From a virus, in IMG/VR virus record IMGVR_UViG_3300038466_000014: 64,000 nucleotides of DNA. The stretch is one strand, 5' to 3'. The notes under the pieces were generated by a model. The model was not told where the DNA came from. It worked only from the letters and a program-made list of their open reading frames with translations, and ran no database searches. Positions 1 to 9,181 of this stretch are shown here, piece after piece. Both the position numbers and the translations under genes were made by a program. The number at the start of each line of letters is the position of its first letter. Positions within the stretch are counted from its first letter, which is position 1.

Positions 1-496
1 TATCACAGCCCAATTGATATTTGGATTGACCAACAGGGCGTGTCTGATCGGATGTAGACACTTCGGGAAATATCCTAATTCTACCATAGGAACCGTCTAT
101 ATTGATCTTCATAGAACAATTTTGAAATATATCATCTTCGTCTCTACAATCAATTATCATGGTATCTTTAGGAATGAGATTGTTTATTGCCGGATTTGGA
201 TACCTTCCATATGACGCTTCTACCAAATATAGATTTTCATTTGTTCTTGTCAGATGTCTGCAAACAGATACTTTTGTTTTCCCTACGTTGTCTTCTTTTT
301 TAAAGCATCCGCAGTATGGGAAATTCTTTGGTTCGAGATAATCAAAATCGATAATAAAAATCTTTGATAATGTAGGATTTTCTATTTCATGCAAACATAA
401 TTTAAAAACAAGAGCTGCGCCTACTGTTCCGCAGCCAACTATAAGCAAATGTTTAGGAGTTGTAAAGGATAACTTCGGAGTATTAAAGAGGTCCAT
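1..496 (-). CDS. ThiF/E1-like protein with degenerate adenylation motif (3' end beyond window)
   Basis: Hand-translated, not in the ORF track: MDLFNTPKLSFTTPKHLLIVGCGTVGAALV...IIDFDYLEPKNFPYC...VGKTKV...IIDCRD. GxGxxG Rossmann motif, GGAG SD upstream, open to base 1. Confidence 0.75.
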   Translation of the reverse strand, partial: MDLFNTPKLSFTTPKHLLIVGCGTVGAALVFKLCLHEIENPTLSKIFIIDFDYLEPKNFPYCGCFKKEDNVGKTKVSVCRHLTRTNENLYLVEASYGRYPNPAINNLIPKDTMIIDCRDEDDIFQNCSMKINIDGSYGRIRIFPEVSTSDQTRPVGQSKYQLGCD

Positions 497-555
497 TGAT
501 TATTCTCCGTGATAAGGAGGAGGGGTTCAGTTCCCTCCTCCTTATATAATTTGTT

Positions 556-1293
556 CTAAGATGTTAACCCAAAAGATTCCATCTCTTCCATAATCTGTTG
601 ATTTCTTGCATAGAACTCTCTATCCAAATAATATTCTGCAAAATCGTCTTTGGAAGGGATATTGGCTTCACCAGGGACCGGAATCGTAATATGTTTTGAA
701 ATGGTATTGGAAAGCGGGATGGTAAAAACTTTGGGAATAATGTTTTCTTTGGCCATTTTGACGACTGCATCATTATAAATAAATGTTTTAACGATATCTA
801 CTTTTAGTTGTAATCTTCCGACTACGGTATCCACATTCACGATACCATCTACGAACTGTCCATCACACCACAACAAACTTGCCATGCAATTTTGATTTAC
901 CCATTCTTTATCCGTATGAGAAAATACTTTAAACCCTTCTGGATGTTTGTGTACTATAATATTGTATTCTCCTGAATCGGCCATGTCATCTACAGATGTG
1001 ACTGTAACCGTTTGTTTTGGGATAAACCAGTCATCCCAATCCACATCCAGACTTTTAGTTTCGGGATTAATTTTTCCTTTGAATTGTACGGAAAATTCAT
1101 ATTCTGGGAACAAATCTGAAACTGTCATCATCATATCGTATACGAATCCTGGAATTTCACATTTTATGCTTGTGGTAATTTTGTTTTTATTGCATGTAAA
1201 TACTTGTACCTTTGACCCGTCGGAATATCCGAATTTCTTTGCATAAGCGGGGGCACCAATTTTTCGCATAAATTTCTTTACAGTATTAAACAA
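556..1293 (-). CDS. JAB/MPN+ metallo-isopeptidase
   Basis: HKHPEGFKVFSHTD matches JAMM HxH-x7-S-xx-D; upstream E in PEYEF; adjacent to ThiF and E2. Confidence 0.8.
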   Translation of the reverse strand: MFNTVKKFMRKIGAPAYAKKFGYSDGSKVQVFTCNKNKITTSIKCEIPGFVYDMMMTVSDLFPEYEFSVQFKGKINPETKSLDVDWDDWFIPKQTVTVTSVDDMADSGEYNIIVHKHPEGFKVFSHTDKEWVNQNCMASLLWCDGQFVDGIVNVDTVVGRLQLKVDIVKTFIYNDAVVKMAKENIIPKVFTIPLSNTISKHITIPVPGEANIPSKDDFAEYYLDREFYARNQQIMEEMESFGLTS

Positions 1294-2158
1294 GTGGATT
1301 CAGAAGGGCTATTCCACTGCCTGGATCAGTCATCATATAAAACAAAGCCTTAATAATGGTATCATATATATACGGGTTATGTTTTCTAATTCTATCAATC
1401 ATATTTCCGAAGAATGCATATCTTATGATTTGTCTTGTATCCATACTTATATAATATTCCGGGTAAAACATAATTTTATTGAATTCCGAACTATGCTGGG
1501 AATCAATCATATTGTATTTATTGTTTTCTATATAGTGATGTACAACATTTAAATCATCAAACATCATTATACACACCATAAGAGCGGATAACCGGCTTGA
1601 TATAGAAAAACTTGGATTAGTGTATCCGTCTCTACCCATAACCGGATGATTCTCAGGATTCCCATCTACGGTAATAGATAGTTCATTATATGCGGATCTA
1701 TAAAATGAAATGTTATCAGTAAATTTTTTCATGCTTGATTTTATCGCTACTTGATCTCTAAAGTCAGAATCTCTACAATCGAAAATTACTACTTTTATTC
1801 GACTTGGGAACATATACGGGGCGATGTTATATTTGCTTAATAGTTCTCCTACGTCATCCTGTATTCTTTCCGGAATGGGGTATACCTGCATCGCAGGATT
1901 TCTTGTCGATATAATGGATGCGCAGCACTCACACTTATTTAATCCAACGTGCTCCAGTGTAAACGCGGATCTTCCTATGTTTGACAATTCGACTTTATCA
2001 TCATCAACCATAACAATTGTTTTAATATACGATTGGGAACTTAGAATATCTGCGACGTGGCTGCCAATCCCTCCAAGTCCTATTATTACCGCTAATACAT
2101 ATATATCACAATTAGTATCCCCCTCTCTACCAAATATTTCTTCCTCGACCGAAGGCAT
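1286..2158 (-). CDS. ThiF/MoeB/E1-family adenylyltransferase
   Basis: IIGLGGIGS, VDDDKVELSNIGRS, GLNKCE and FDCRD motifs. Confidence 0.9.
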   Translation of the reverse strand: MPSVEEEIFGREGDTNCDIYVLAVIIGLGGIGSHVADILSSQSYIKTIVMVDDDKVELSNIGRSAFTLEHVGLNKCECCASIISTRNPAMQVYPIPERIQDDVGELLSKYNIAPYMFPSRIKVVIFDCRDSDFRDQVAIKSSMKKFTDNISFYRSAYNELSITVDGNPENHPVMGRDGYTNPSFSISSRLSALMVCIMMFDDLNVVHHYIENNKYNMIDSQHSSEFNKIMFYPEYYISMDTRQIIRYAFFGNMIDRIRKHNPYIYDTIIKALFYMMTDPGSGIALLNPLV

Positions 2159-3582
2159 CAGATCCTCCTAACGGGCTTAGTACGTAAACACGATTTTTGA
2201 CTCTGCATAATATCAGCATGATCAATATTATCAACTCTACGTAGGTTTTTGGTATCCTTCATCCAAGTATTATGCCAGTACGAACTATCCAAGTTCATAA
2301 CCAATAATGATTTTTCAATATATTCCAACCCTTTAATCAATGCATTTATATCGAAACTATTCCATGAATCTCTAATGTAGTCTTCATTATCTCCGAGACA
2401 TACTTTACCAGACGAACGGCATATATTTGGATGAGATGCGTTTTCGGAGACAAACCGGATATTCGAGTTACTATCAAATCGTATAGACATATCTTTCACA
2501 TAACATTCGTTTGCGACTTCTTCAGGAATTAAAAACAACGTATTTTTAGAAATAATATATTTTGGAACTATGTTTACTTCTTTATAAAAATACCCGTTTT
2601 CATCTGGATTATATCCAAATGCTTTTAGTTTGGATATTGCCGAAATGGTTCTACTTAAAGTGTCTTTTAAATTGGATGCATTGTTAATATAAGCCGAATG
2701 TATTATCCGTTCCAATTTTACTCTATAAATCTTATTAAGGACCGATAGACCGATACCCGTAGTCTCCAATAGTTTGTCCAAGTGCTCGAATGCGCAATAA
2801 TTCCTTAAATTACATTCTTTTAATAAATAATTACTAATTTTTAAATTCATTTTATTTAAATGGATATTAATACCTTCCAGATAATTAATAATACATGATG
2901 AGTAATAAAAAACTGTTGATAAAATAGACAAGAGAGACTTTATCATATTTTTGTTTTTATGCTTTGTGTTTGTACAGGATACATTCCCTATCTGTGAGAG
3001 TAAGGACTGAATAACCGATGCGATGTTTAAAGTCAGCTTTAATGATATTATACCATCAGAATTAACGAATATACCTCCAATCGTGGTAGCATAATCCAAA
3101 CTAAAACATGTTAATAAATCATCATATGTTGGCAAGGATTCATTAACAAAATTGTTATCAAAATAAAACACTCGGATTTCTGGCGCCGCTAATGAACTCA
3201 TATTTATTTTTAGATGCGGAGATTCAACCGCTCTTGAATTTATATATGTAGAACCCGAGTCTTTTAATATGCTGGATATAACCAATCTATTTTTTTCGGT
3301 TATCTTTAAATTATTAGTTGCTTTTTCCGTTATATTTTTTATAGTCGAGTCACAACGGTCTGCTAATGCTGAATTATTGACAAAAAACGGCATCCAGCAT
3401 GTATAGTTATTTAACATGACATTTACGGTGTCTTCTAAATCTATAGGTGTAAACAAAATAAAGTCTATGATTTTTGTTATATCTTCTTGTGTTATATTTT
3501 CTACTTCGGTTATCATTTTGATGGTGTTTAAATGTTTATCATGATATTGCTTATTATATTCTTTGTTAATTAAAATGTTCAT
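2158..3582 (-). CDS. Protein with C-terminal prokaryotic E2 (UBC-like) domain
   Basis: SHPNICRSSGKVCLGD resembles the E2 HPN...G.(I/V)C catalytic motif; long N-terminal region unassigned; start overlaps the E1 gene junction. Confidence 0.7.
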   Translation of the reverse strand: MNILINKEYNKQYHDKHLNTIKMITEVENITQEDITKIIDFILFTPIDLEDTVNVMLNNYTCWMPFFVNNSALADRCDSTIKNITEKATNNLKITEKNRLVISSILKDSGSTYINSRAVESPHLKINMSSLAAPEIRVFYFDNNFVNESLPTYDDLLTCFSLDYATTIGGIFVNSDGIISLKLTLNIASVIQSLLSQIGNVSCTNTKHKNKNMIKSLLSILSTVFYYSSCIINYLEGINIHLNKMNLKISNYLLKECNLRNYCAFEHLDKLLETTGIGLSVLNKIYRVKLERIIHSAYINNASNLKDTLSRTISAISKLKAFGYNPDENGYFYKEVNIVPKYIISKNTLFLIPEEVANECYVKDMSIRFDSNSNIRFVSENASHPNICRSSGKVCLGDNEDYIRDSWNSFDINALIKGLEYIEKSLLVMNLDSSYWHNTWMKDTKNLRRVDNIDHADIMQSQKSCLRTKPVRRI

Positions 3583-3639
3583 GGCTCCTTCGGGTTGCGG
3601 GGGTGGCTGGGTATAAGGTCGGCCACCCCCGCAATAATA

Positions 3640-4290
3640 TTAGCAACCGGCCTTGTTGAACCTTTCGACCGTAAGTTCGATCAAAATAGAACTTCCGATC
3701 ACGTCTTCGGTAAGGCTGCTTACACACATTCCGCCGCGCGTTTTCGCAACGTAGTGAACAAATCCTTTATTAGCCGCAAACTCATCGATCGCATAAATGA
3801 TATCTTTTATATCCTCGACGACAAAGTTCTCGCCATTGATGGAAAGTACACGTTCTCCCGGACAAAGAACCGTTTCCTTTCCATCGATAATCACCTTATA
3901 AGTTGTATTGTCGATTGGAATGAATTGATACTTTGGGTTATTCGGAATAGTATATGTGGGAATCGAAGCGGTTTCGACTTCGGGAGGAGTTTCGACCGGA
4001 GGCGTAACGGTATTTTGCACAGTTGTATTGAGTGTATAAGCAAAATAAGAGCCATTAACAGTCTTTCTATGCAGAATCTTTTTATCGTACATATCGTTGA
4101 TCAGTTTCTTGAGGGGATCGCGAAGTTTCGTTTTGCCGAGTTTGTGTGCAATCATAGTAGCGGAAAGCGGCTGATTGTCGTTGCCTTCGAAAATGTCGAT
4201 AACGTCTTGTTCTTTAACCACATTCAGAGTGTCCACCATGAGTCGTTTTAACCTTTCTATGTTTGGTTTTTTACTAAGGATGAGAGTCAT
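3640..4290 (-). CDS. Winged-helix protein fused to a C-terminal ubiquitin-like domain (ends NKAGC)
   Basis: N-terminal LSATMIAHKLGKTK...LINDMYDKKILHR helix-turn-helix/wing pattern, P/T/E-rich linker, beta-rich C-terminus ending KAG-C; first gene of the E2-E1-JAB operon. Confidence 0.6.
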   Translation of the reverse strand: MTLILSKKPNIERLKRLMVDTLNVVKEQDVIDIFEGNDNQPLSATMIAHKLGKTKLRDPLKKLINDMYDKKILHRKTVNGSYFAYTLNTTVQNTVTPPVETPPEVETASIPTYTIPNNPKYQFIPIDNTTYKVIIDGKETVLCPGERVLSINGENFVVEDIKDIIYAIDEFAANKGFVHYVAKTRGGMCVSSLTEDVIGSSILIELTVERFNKAGC

Positions 4291-4321
4291 TGTATTAAAA
4301 ACGGTTTGTTGCAGTTTTAAA

Positions 4322-5491
4322 TTATTTATTCAACTTTGTGTTTATATAACTCTCGATAATTGTTAACGATTTAAACAGGTCTGTCAAATATTCTTTAGAT
4401 ATATGTTCCCTTGTGATAATATAACGATCCAATGCAAACGACATTCCGAGGCAGAAGTAGTATAGATTTTTAAGGGGGTCTGGTAGTTGAATCCACATTT
4501 TCGTAATAAATTCGCTAATAGATTTTGAAAAATATTGTTTAATCTTTTTGAAAATAATGTCATCGTGGGTAATTTCAATCTCGGATAAGGTTTGAATATT
4601 TGCATGAATATCAAATTCAAGATTTTTAATGTTATCATTTAATCCGAAAATTTTAGATCTGTGAGTGAAATTAACGGCTTTTGCGATCATGCTAAAATAA
4701 TCGGTAAACGAAGAAGTAGTTCCACCATGATTAAAATTGTTATATAATACATAATACATCTTTAGTTTACCTTTTCCATCATATGAATTTACGAACATTG
4801 TATTTACAGATGTGGTCATAGAATCGGTTTGTTCGAATGGAACACCCATAAATAAATTCGCAACGACCTTGGATGATTCGTTATCAGACCAGATGTCCAC
4901 ATCATCCATAATTTTATTTGTCCAAATCGATTTAAATGGAGCCGTTACGATTTTTGGGGCGGAAGTATATTCCGGTAAAACTTTTTGCATCTCGGATATG
5001 AATGTTTTAAGATTGGCAATCTTATAGTGTTTAGAGACTATACCCGGAGAGATATTCCACACTGCCGGTATTTTATCGGAGTAGAAAACCGCAAACCGGG
5101 AGGTCTTTTTACCATCGGGATCATAGATACGTGTAAATGCGTATTTAACACCGTTAAACTCTTCGAAATCGATAACGTCTGTGGTTTCATCCATAAGTGT
5201 AAGAACCCAATCCGAACTCATATCCGGTTGACCAGTTACCTCGGAATTATCTGGTGTGTCTATTGAACGTAGAGGGGCTGGGGCTGGGTACTTGGTCGTT
5301 AAATCTTCCGTATGCATAAGCGTATTTACTTCTCCGTCATTTAATGCCGTTTCGATATCCACCATAGTGTCGGTCGGATCCGATTCCATTGCGGGGGGAG
5401 TCATGTGTCCAAAAAGTGTTAAGAAATCCCGATTCGGTGTTTGGGACAGCGTTTCCATTATTTTCCGTCCTTGTTGAAAAGATGGTTCCAT
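4322..5491 (-). CDS. DUF932/DUF945-like phage protein
   Basis: GIVSKHYKIAN and FVNSYDGKG recall the VS..Y...N and NS(H/Y)DG motifs of this family. Confidence 0.45.
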   Translation of the reverse strand: MEPSFQQGRKIMETLSQTPNRDFLTLFGHMTPPAMESDPTDTMVDIETALNDGEVNTLMHTEDLTTKYPAPAPLRSIDTPDNSEVTGQPDMSSDWVLTLMDETTDVIDFEEFNGVKYAFTRIYDPDGKKTSRFAVFYSDKIPAVWNISPGIVSKHYKIANLKTFISEMQKVLPEYTSAPKIVTAPFKSIWTNKIMDDVDIWSDNESSKVVANLFMGVPFEQTDSMTTSVNTMFVNSYDGKGKLKMYYVLYNNFNHGGTTSSFTDYFSMIAKAVNFTHRSKIFGLNDNIKNLEFDIHANIQTLSEIEITHDDIIFKKIKQYFSKSISEFITKMWIQLPDPLKNLYYFCLGMSFALDRYIITREHISKEYLTDLFKSLTIIESYINTKLNK

Positions 5492-5841
5492 GCTATTATA
5501 GTTTTATTTAACATTTCCAGAAGTTTTATCTTCTGAGGGTGATCTGAATTCCAAATATTAAGTATTTTTTGGATTGTATCGTTGAACAGTTTTGCGTTTT
5601 TTCTATCTTCTATTTTTTTTGGATCTATATCATCTTTGTTAAACTTGGGAGGTTTGGCATTTTGACGCAGAGCCTGCTTTACTGGCGATGGGGGTATATT
5701 TTCAGATGGGGGTGTGCATTTTCCAGCATGTATATAACCACAATCAGGACATACTCGATTAGTAGTTGGTATTGGAGTAAAAGGAGCAGGCGCCGCAAAC
5801 TGACTTAGGTCTACTTTGGTTGGATCTATTGTTTTTGCCAT
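5458..5841 (-). CDS. hypothetical protein (CPDCGYIH metal-binding motif)
   Basis: Fits the minus-strand gene train. Confidence 0.65.
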   Translation of the reverse strand: MAKTIDPTKVDLSQFAAPAPFTPIPTTNRVCPDCGYIHAGKCTPPSENIPPSPVKQALRQNAKPPKFNKDDIDPKKIEDRKNAKLFNDTIQKILNIWNSDHPQKIKLLEMLNKTIIAWNHLFNKDGK

Positions 5842-5845
5842 TATT

Positions 5846-6151
5846 TTATCCTTTAATTAACAGTTCTCTAACGGTTCTTATTTCGTCTGGATATGATTGT
5901 CCGGCATTATAATGTTGCTTAGGAGATACTATTAGTCTACCAAATATTCCATAGTTTGATAACATTGAAATAGATTTTAGTCTGCGTTCCAAAATGTCTT
6001 TTGTTTTTAACGAACATCTAAAACCTATTAATCCTACAACACCAGCGATCTCTTCATCTGTTAACAGTTTTTGGTTTCTTATTCTGTAGGAAAGGCTTTC
6101 TTCGTCCACAAAACTCCATTCTTCAAATGAGTAAACGATTTGATATTGCAA
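5846..6151 (-). CDS. hypothetical protein
   Basis: Minus-strand ORF filling the gap; overlaps the upstream gene. Confidence 0.55.
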   Translation of the reverse strand: MQYQIVYSFEEWSFVDEESLSYRIRNQKLLTDEEIAGVVGLIGFRCSLKTKDILERRLKSISMLSNYGIFGRLIVSPKQHYNAGQSYPDEIRTVRELLIKG

Positions 6152-6528
6152 AGGGTTAGTTTTGGATTATTAAACATTTTTGAAAGTACACGGATATTAT
6201 CATCGATATAATATATATGAAAATATTCATCCGAATTCAAGTATTTATATAATAAATCAAACTTAATGGATGCCTCGTTGGTCTCTGATCTGCTACGCGA
6301 TAATTTATATTTTATTAGAATCTTTTTTGGGGATAATGAATTTAAGTACAAAAATATTTTTATAAATGGATAATGATAAACTGGACGCTCTGTAATGAGC
6401 ATCCAATCATAGCTTGGGCTGTGTTCAAACGCGGTGTTTATAATTCTACATAAATCAGTAATAGTGTTATATGTTGATTGTATAAGAGTATTATCCAGAT
6501 CTATACAAACTAAAAACTTGTTGTTCAT
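6079..6528 (-). CDS. HAD-superfamily phosphatase (PNKP 3'-phosphatase-like)
   Basis: CIDLDNTL (motif I), LITER (II), K (III), YYIDDN (IV). Confidence 0.75.
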   Translation of the reverse strand: MNNKFLVCIDLDNTLIQSTYNTITDLCRIINTAFEHSPSYDWMLITERPVYHYPFIKIFLYLNSLSPKKILIKYKLSRSRSETNEASIKFDLLYKYLNSDEYFHIYYIDDNIRVLSKMFNNPKLTLCNIKSFTHLKNGVLWTKKAFPTE

Positions 6529-6573
6529 ATTTACCTAAAAAACTTTTCGGCGTTACTCCGTTAGAGTATATGA

Positions 6574-6593
6574 TATTTAATATATATAATAAA
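6574..6593 (-). promoter_or_regulatory. Conserved 20-bp motif TTTATTATATATATTAAATA, copy 1
   Basis: Exact copy, about 45 bp upstream of the 6528 start. Confidence 0.6.
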
Positions 6594-6594
6594 T

Positions 6595-8973
6595 CTACAT
6601 TTCTAAATGTTCGTCACAGTCTATAACATCACGTAATGTATGGGAGATTAAAAATACAGAATATTGTTTGGCTAATTGTCTAAGAATATTTATTACAACC
6701 TCTGAATTTGGGATATCCAGGCTATCAAGAATTTCATCGAGGAAAAATATATTATATGATGTATCGTTTATCTTTTCTGTGGCATATCTTAAAGACAACA
6801 AAGTAATAATATCTATTAGACATCTTTCACCGGCAGAAAAATCGTCGATTTCATCTGTTAGATTGGAGGTCTGTACAGCACTGACCACAAACTCGTTTTT
6901 TGTTTTTCCAGACTTTGTTTCTTTTTGGGAATCGAAATATATTTTCAGTTTTCCTGTCGCGTTGGATAGTTCGCGTGCCCTAATATTCATAAGGGGAACT
7001 ATTTCATCCAATAAGATGGCTTTTATACCGGAATCGGAAAACGCTTTAATCCAATATGTACAAATTTCTTTTTCGGCTGATAATACACTCATTAGCTTAT
7101 TAAATTCTATAATCGATGTGTCTACATTATCGAGTTTGGATTTCCATCCGTCGGCGTCTTTTTGTAGAGAGTTTATAGAAGATTCAAAATGCTGTTTTTT
7201 AGTCACCAACTCTTTTTGTACAGAGTCCAAATTTTTCTTGTCCGCATCTATAATCGTATTGATTGCCTGAATCTCTTTTATCCTATCGGTTACCTTTACA
7301 ATATGATCTCTGAGGATGGGTATCTTTTTGCGGTAATTCTGTGCCTTGGTTTCAAACTCAATCTTTATGTTATTTGTATTCTTATCTGCTTGTACTCGCG
7401 CATCACTGATTTTATCATTATATGACTTTTCTATGGTTGATATTTTGATTTGTATGTTTTTGTTAATTGTTGTGTGCAGCTGCTTTTTCTCGTTTATAAT
7501 TTTATCAACATCTACTTTATATTTATTAACCTGCTCTACAACAGCCTCTTTGATTTTTAATAAATGATCTTCTTTATTTTTTCGGAACCCATCAATCTCT
7601 TTTTCTTTTTCATTAAATGCAACAGACAGGGTTTTATATTTTTGTTCAAGGTCGCTAATCTGAAGGGATAGTTTATCATATTCTTCGATCCGGGATTTCA
7701 GATTCGACCGCATTGTACACATAGCTCCTTCATCTACAATCTTTTGTCCGCACATATAACATATAGGAATTTCATCCTGCAATTTTAGTTTAACAGCATC
7801 TATTTCCTGTGATTTAGTGGTTTGAGTTTTCCGAAGGTCTTTTCCAGTTATAAGAATATTGTTCAGTTCGGATTTTATATTATTTAATTCAATATCTTTT
7901 TGATTTATCATAATATCATATTTCTGAGACGTATTTGATATACTATTGGTAAGAGCATTTCTCTGGTTACTTAAATAAATATCTTTCTGATTTTTTAATT
8001 GACTGATTTCTATAGATAAATTGTTCAACTTATCTTGTTCTGCGGATAAATGTTTTTGTTTATCCGCCGTCATATCTTTAATAAATATTGAGGTGTTGAG
8101 TTTTAAATTTTCTTCAATACCGCCTATTTGTTGTTTCATTAGATTATCTAAATTCGACAGTTCTATATTATAATTAGATATTTTTGTCGTTGAATTGTTT
8201 TTTATTTCCGACAGATGATCTATAGATTCTTCCGGGTTTAAACGTTTCTGATTAATAAGTATAGAAGCGCTTAGACTTGCAATGTTGGAATTCATCTCAT
8301 ATACATTTTTTTCATATTGATCGGTCAGCATCGTAAACTGTGTTTCTATTTCTTTTAATTTATCTTTAGATACACTTTCCAAAGTTCTTACCTTGGTTAA
8401 TTCGGTTTCGATCTTTGTAACGTTCTCGTCGATAACGGTTAGCTGCGCTACGAATTTCTTTCTGTATTCCTCGTATTGTCCCGTATTTAAAATTTGCTCT
8501 ATAATATCGGCTTTTCCGGAATACGTTAACTGGGTAAAAGATTTATCTATGAATTTAGAAAACATGATACAATTTGTAAATATGGAATACGGTAAGACGA
8601 GATTCTTAATTACTAAGTTTGTATCTTTTGTAGTCGCTCCGGATATATTTTCTCCATTTTTAAATAAATGTTTAGAATCTCCGAACTCTTTATGTTTTCT
8701 ATAATTACGGATTTCATACTGGTCATCATCTATATCAAAGGTGAGAACGACAGATGTGTTTTTTCCATCGCGTTTGCGTACTACAGAATCGGCTTTTCTT
8801 CCTCTCGGAGTAATATCATAGAGACACCAGCAGATGGCATCGAATATACTTGATTTGCCGGATCCGTTAGGCCCTGTTATCGCTACAAGACGGTTGGTGG
8901 AAAAATCTACTCCGAGTTCGGAATGACATTTAAAATTTTTTAATTCGAGCGATTTAAACTTAACCTTTCTCAT
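6595..8973 (-). CDS. SbcC/Rad50/gp46-like SMC ATPase
   Basis: GPNGSGKSS Walker A, coiled coil with CYMC hook, FSAGE signature, FFLDE Walker B, LISH. Confidence 0.95.
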   Translation of the reverse strand: MRKVKFKSLELKNFKCHSELGVDFSTNRLVAITGPNGSGKSSIFDAICWCLYDITPRGRKADSVVRKRDGKNTSVVLTFDIDDDQYEIRNYRKHKEFGDSKHLFKNGENISGATTKDTNLVIKNLVLPYSIFTNCIMFSKFIDKSFTQLTYSGKADIIEQILNTGQYEEYRKKFVAQLTVIDENVTKIETELTKVRTLESVSKDKLKEIETQFTMLTDQYEKNVYEMNSNIASLSASILINQKRLNPEESIDHLSEIKNNSTTKISNYNIELSNLDNLMKQQIGGIEENLKLNTSIFIKDMTADKQKHLSAEQDKLNNLSIEISQLKNQKDIYLSNQRNALTNSISNTSQKYDIMINQKDIELNNIKSELNNILITGKDLRKTQTTKSQEIDAVKLKLQDEIPICYMCGQKIVDEGAMCTMRSNLKSRIEEYDKLSLQISDLEQKYKTLSVAFNEKEKEIDGFRKNKEDHLLKIKEAVVEQVNKYKVDVDKIINEKKQLHTTINKNIQIKISTIEKSYNDKISDARVQADKNTNNIKIEFETKAQNYRKKIPILRDHIVKVTDRIKEIQAINTIIDADKKNLDSVQKELVTKKQHFESSINSLQKDADGWKSKLDNVDTSIIEFNKLMSVLSAEKEICTYWIKAFSDSGIKAILLDEIVPLMNIRARELSNATGKLKIYFDSQKETKSGKTKNEFVVSAVQTSNLTDEIDDFSAGERCLIDIITLLSLRYATEKINDTSYNIFFLDEILDSLDIPNSEVVINILRQLAKQYSVFLISHTLRDVIDCDEHLEM

Positions 8974-9181
8974 ATATGTCTATTCCCAGGGCTGGGGGTT
9001 CTTTTTCATACAATTTACTATAAAAACTTAGAACTTTTTTAGCAAAATCTCTTGGGTGGCCTTGACCGGTCAGATCTCGTTCTCTTATTCCATCCAGAAG
9101 ATCAAACAACAAGAACTTTAGAAAATTATTTCTTTCTTCAATATTCATATCTTTATAAGCAGAATACAAGTCATTCTCCAT
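8960..9181 (-). CDS. hypothetical protein
   Basis: Translationally coupled between the sbcD-like and sbcC-like genes. Confidence 0.65.
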   Translation of the reverse strand: MENDLYSAYKDMNIEERNNFLKFLLFDLLDGIRERDLTGQGHPRDFAKKVLSFYSKLYEKEPPALGIDIYEKG

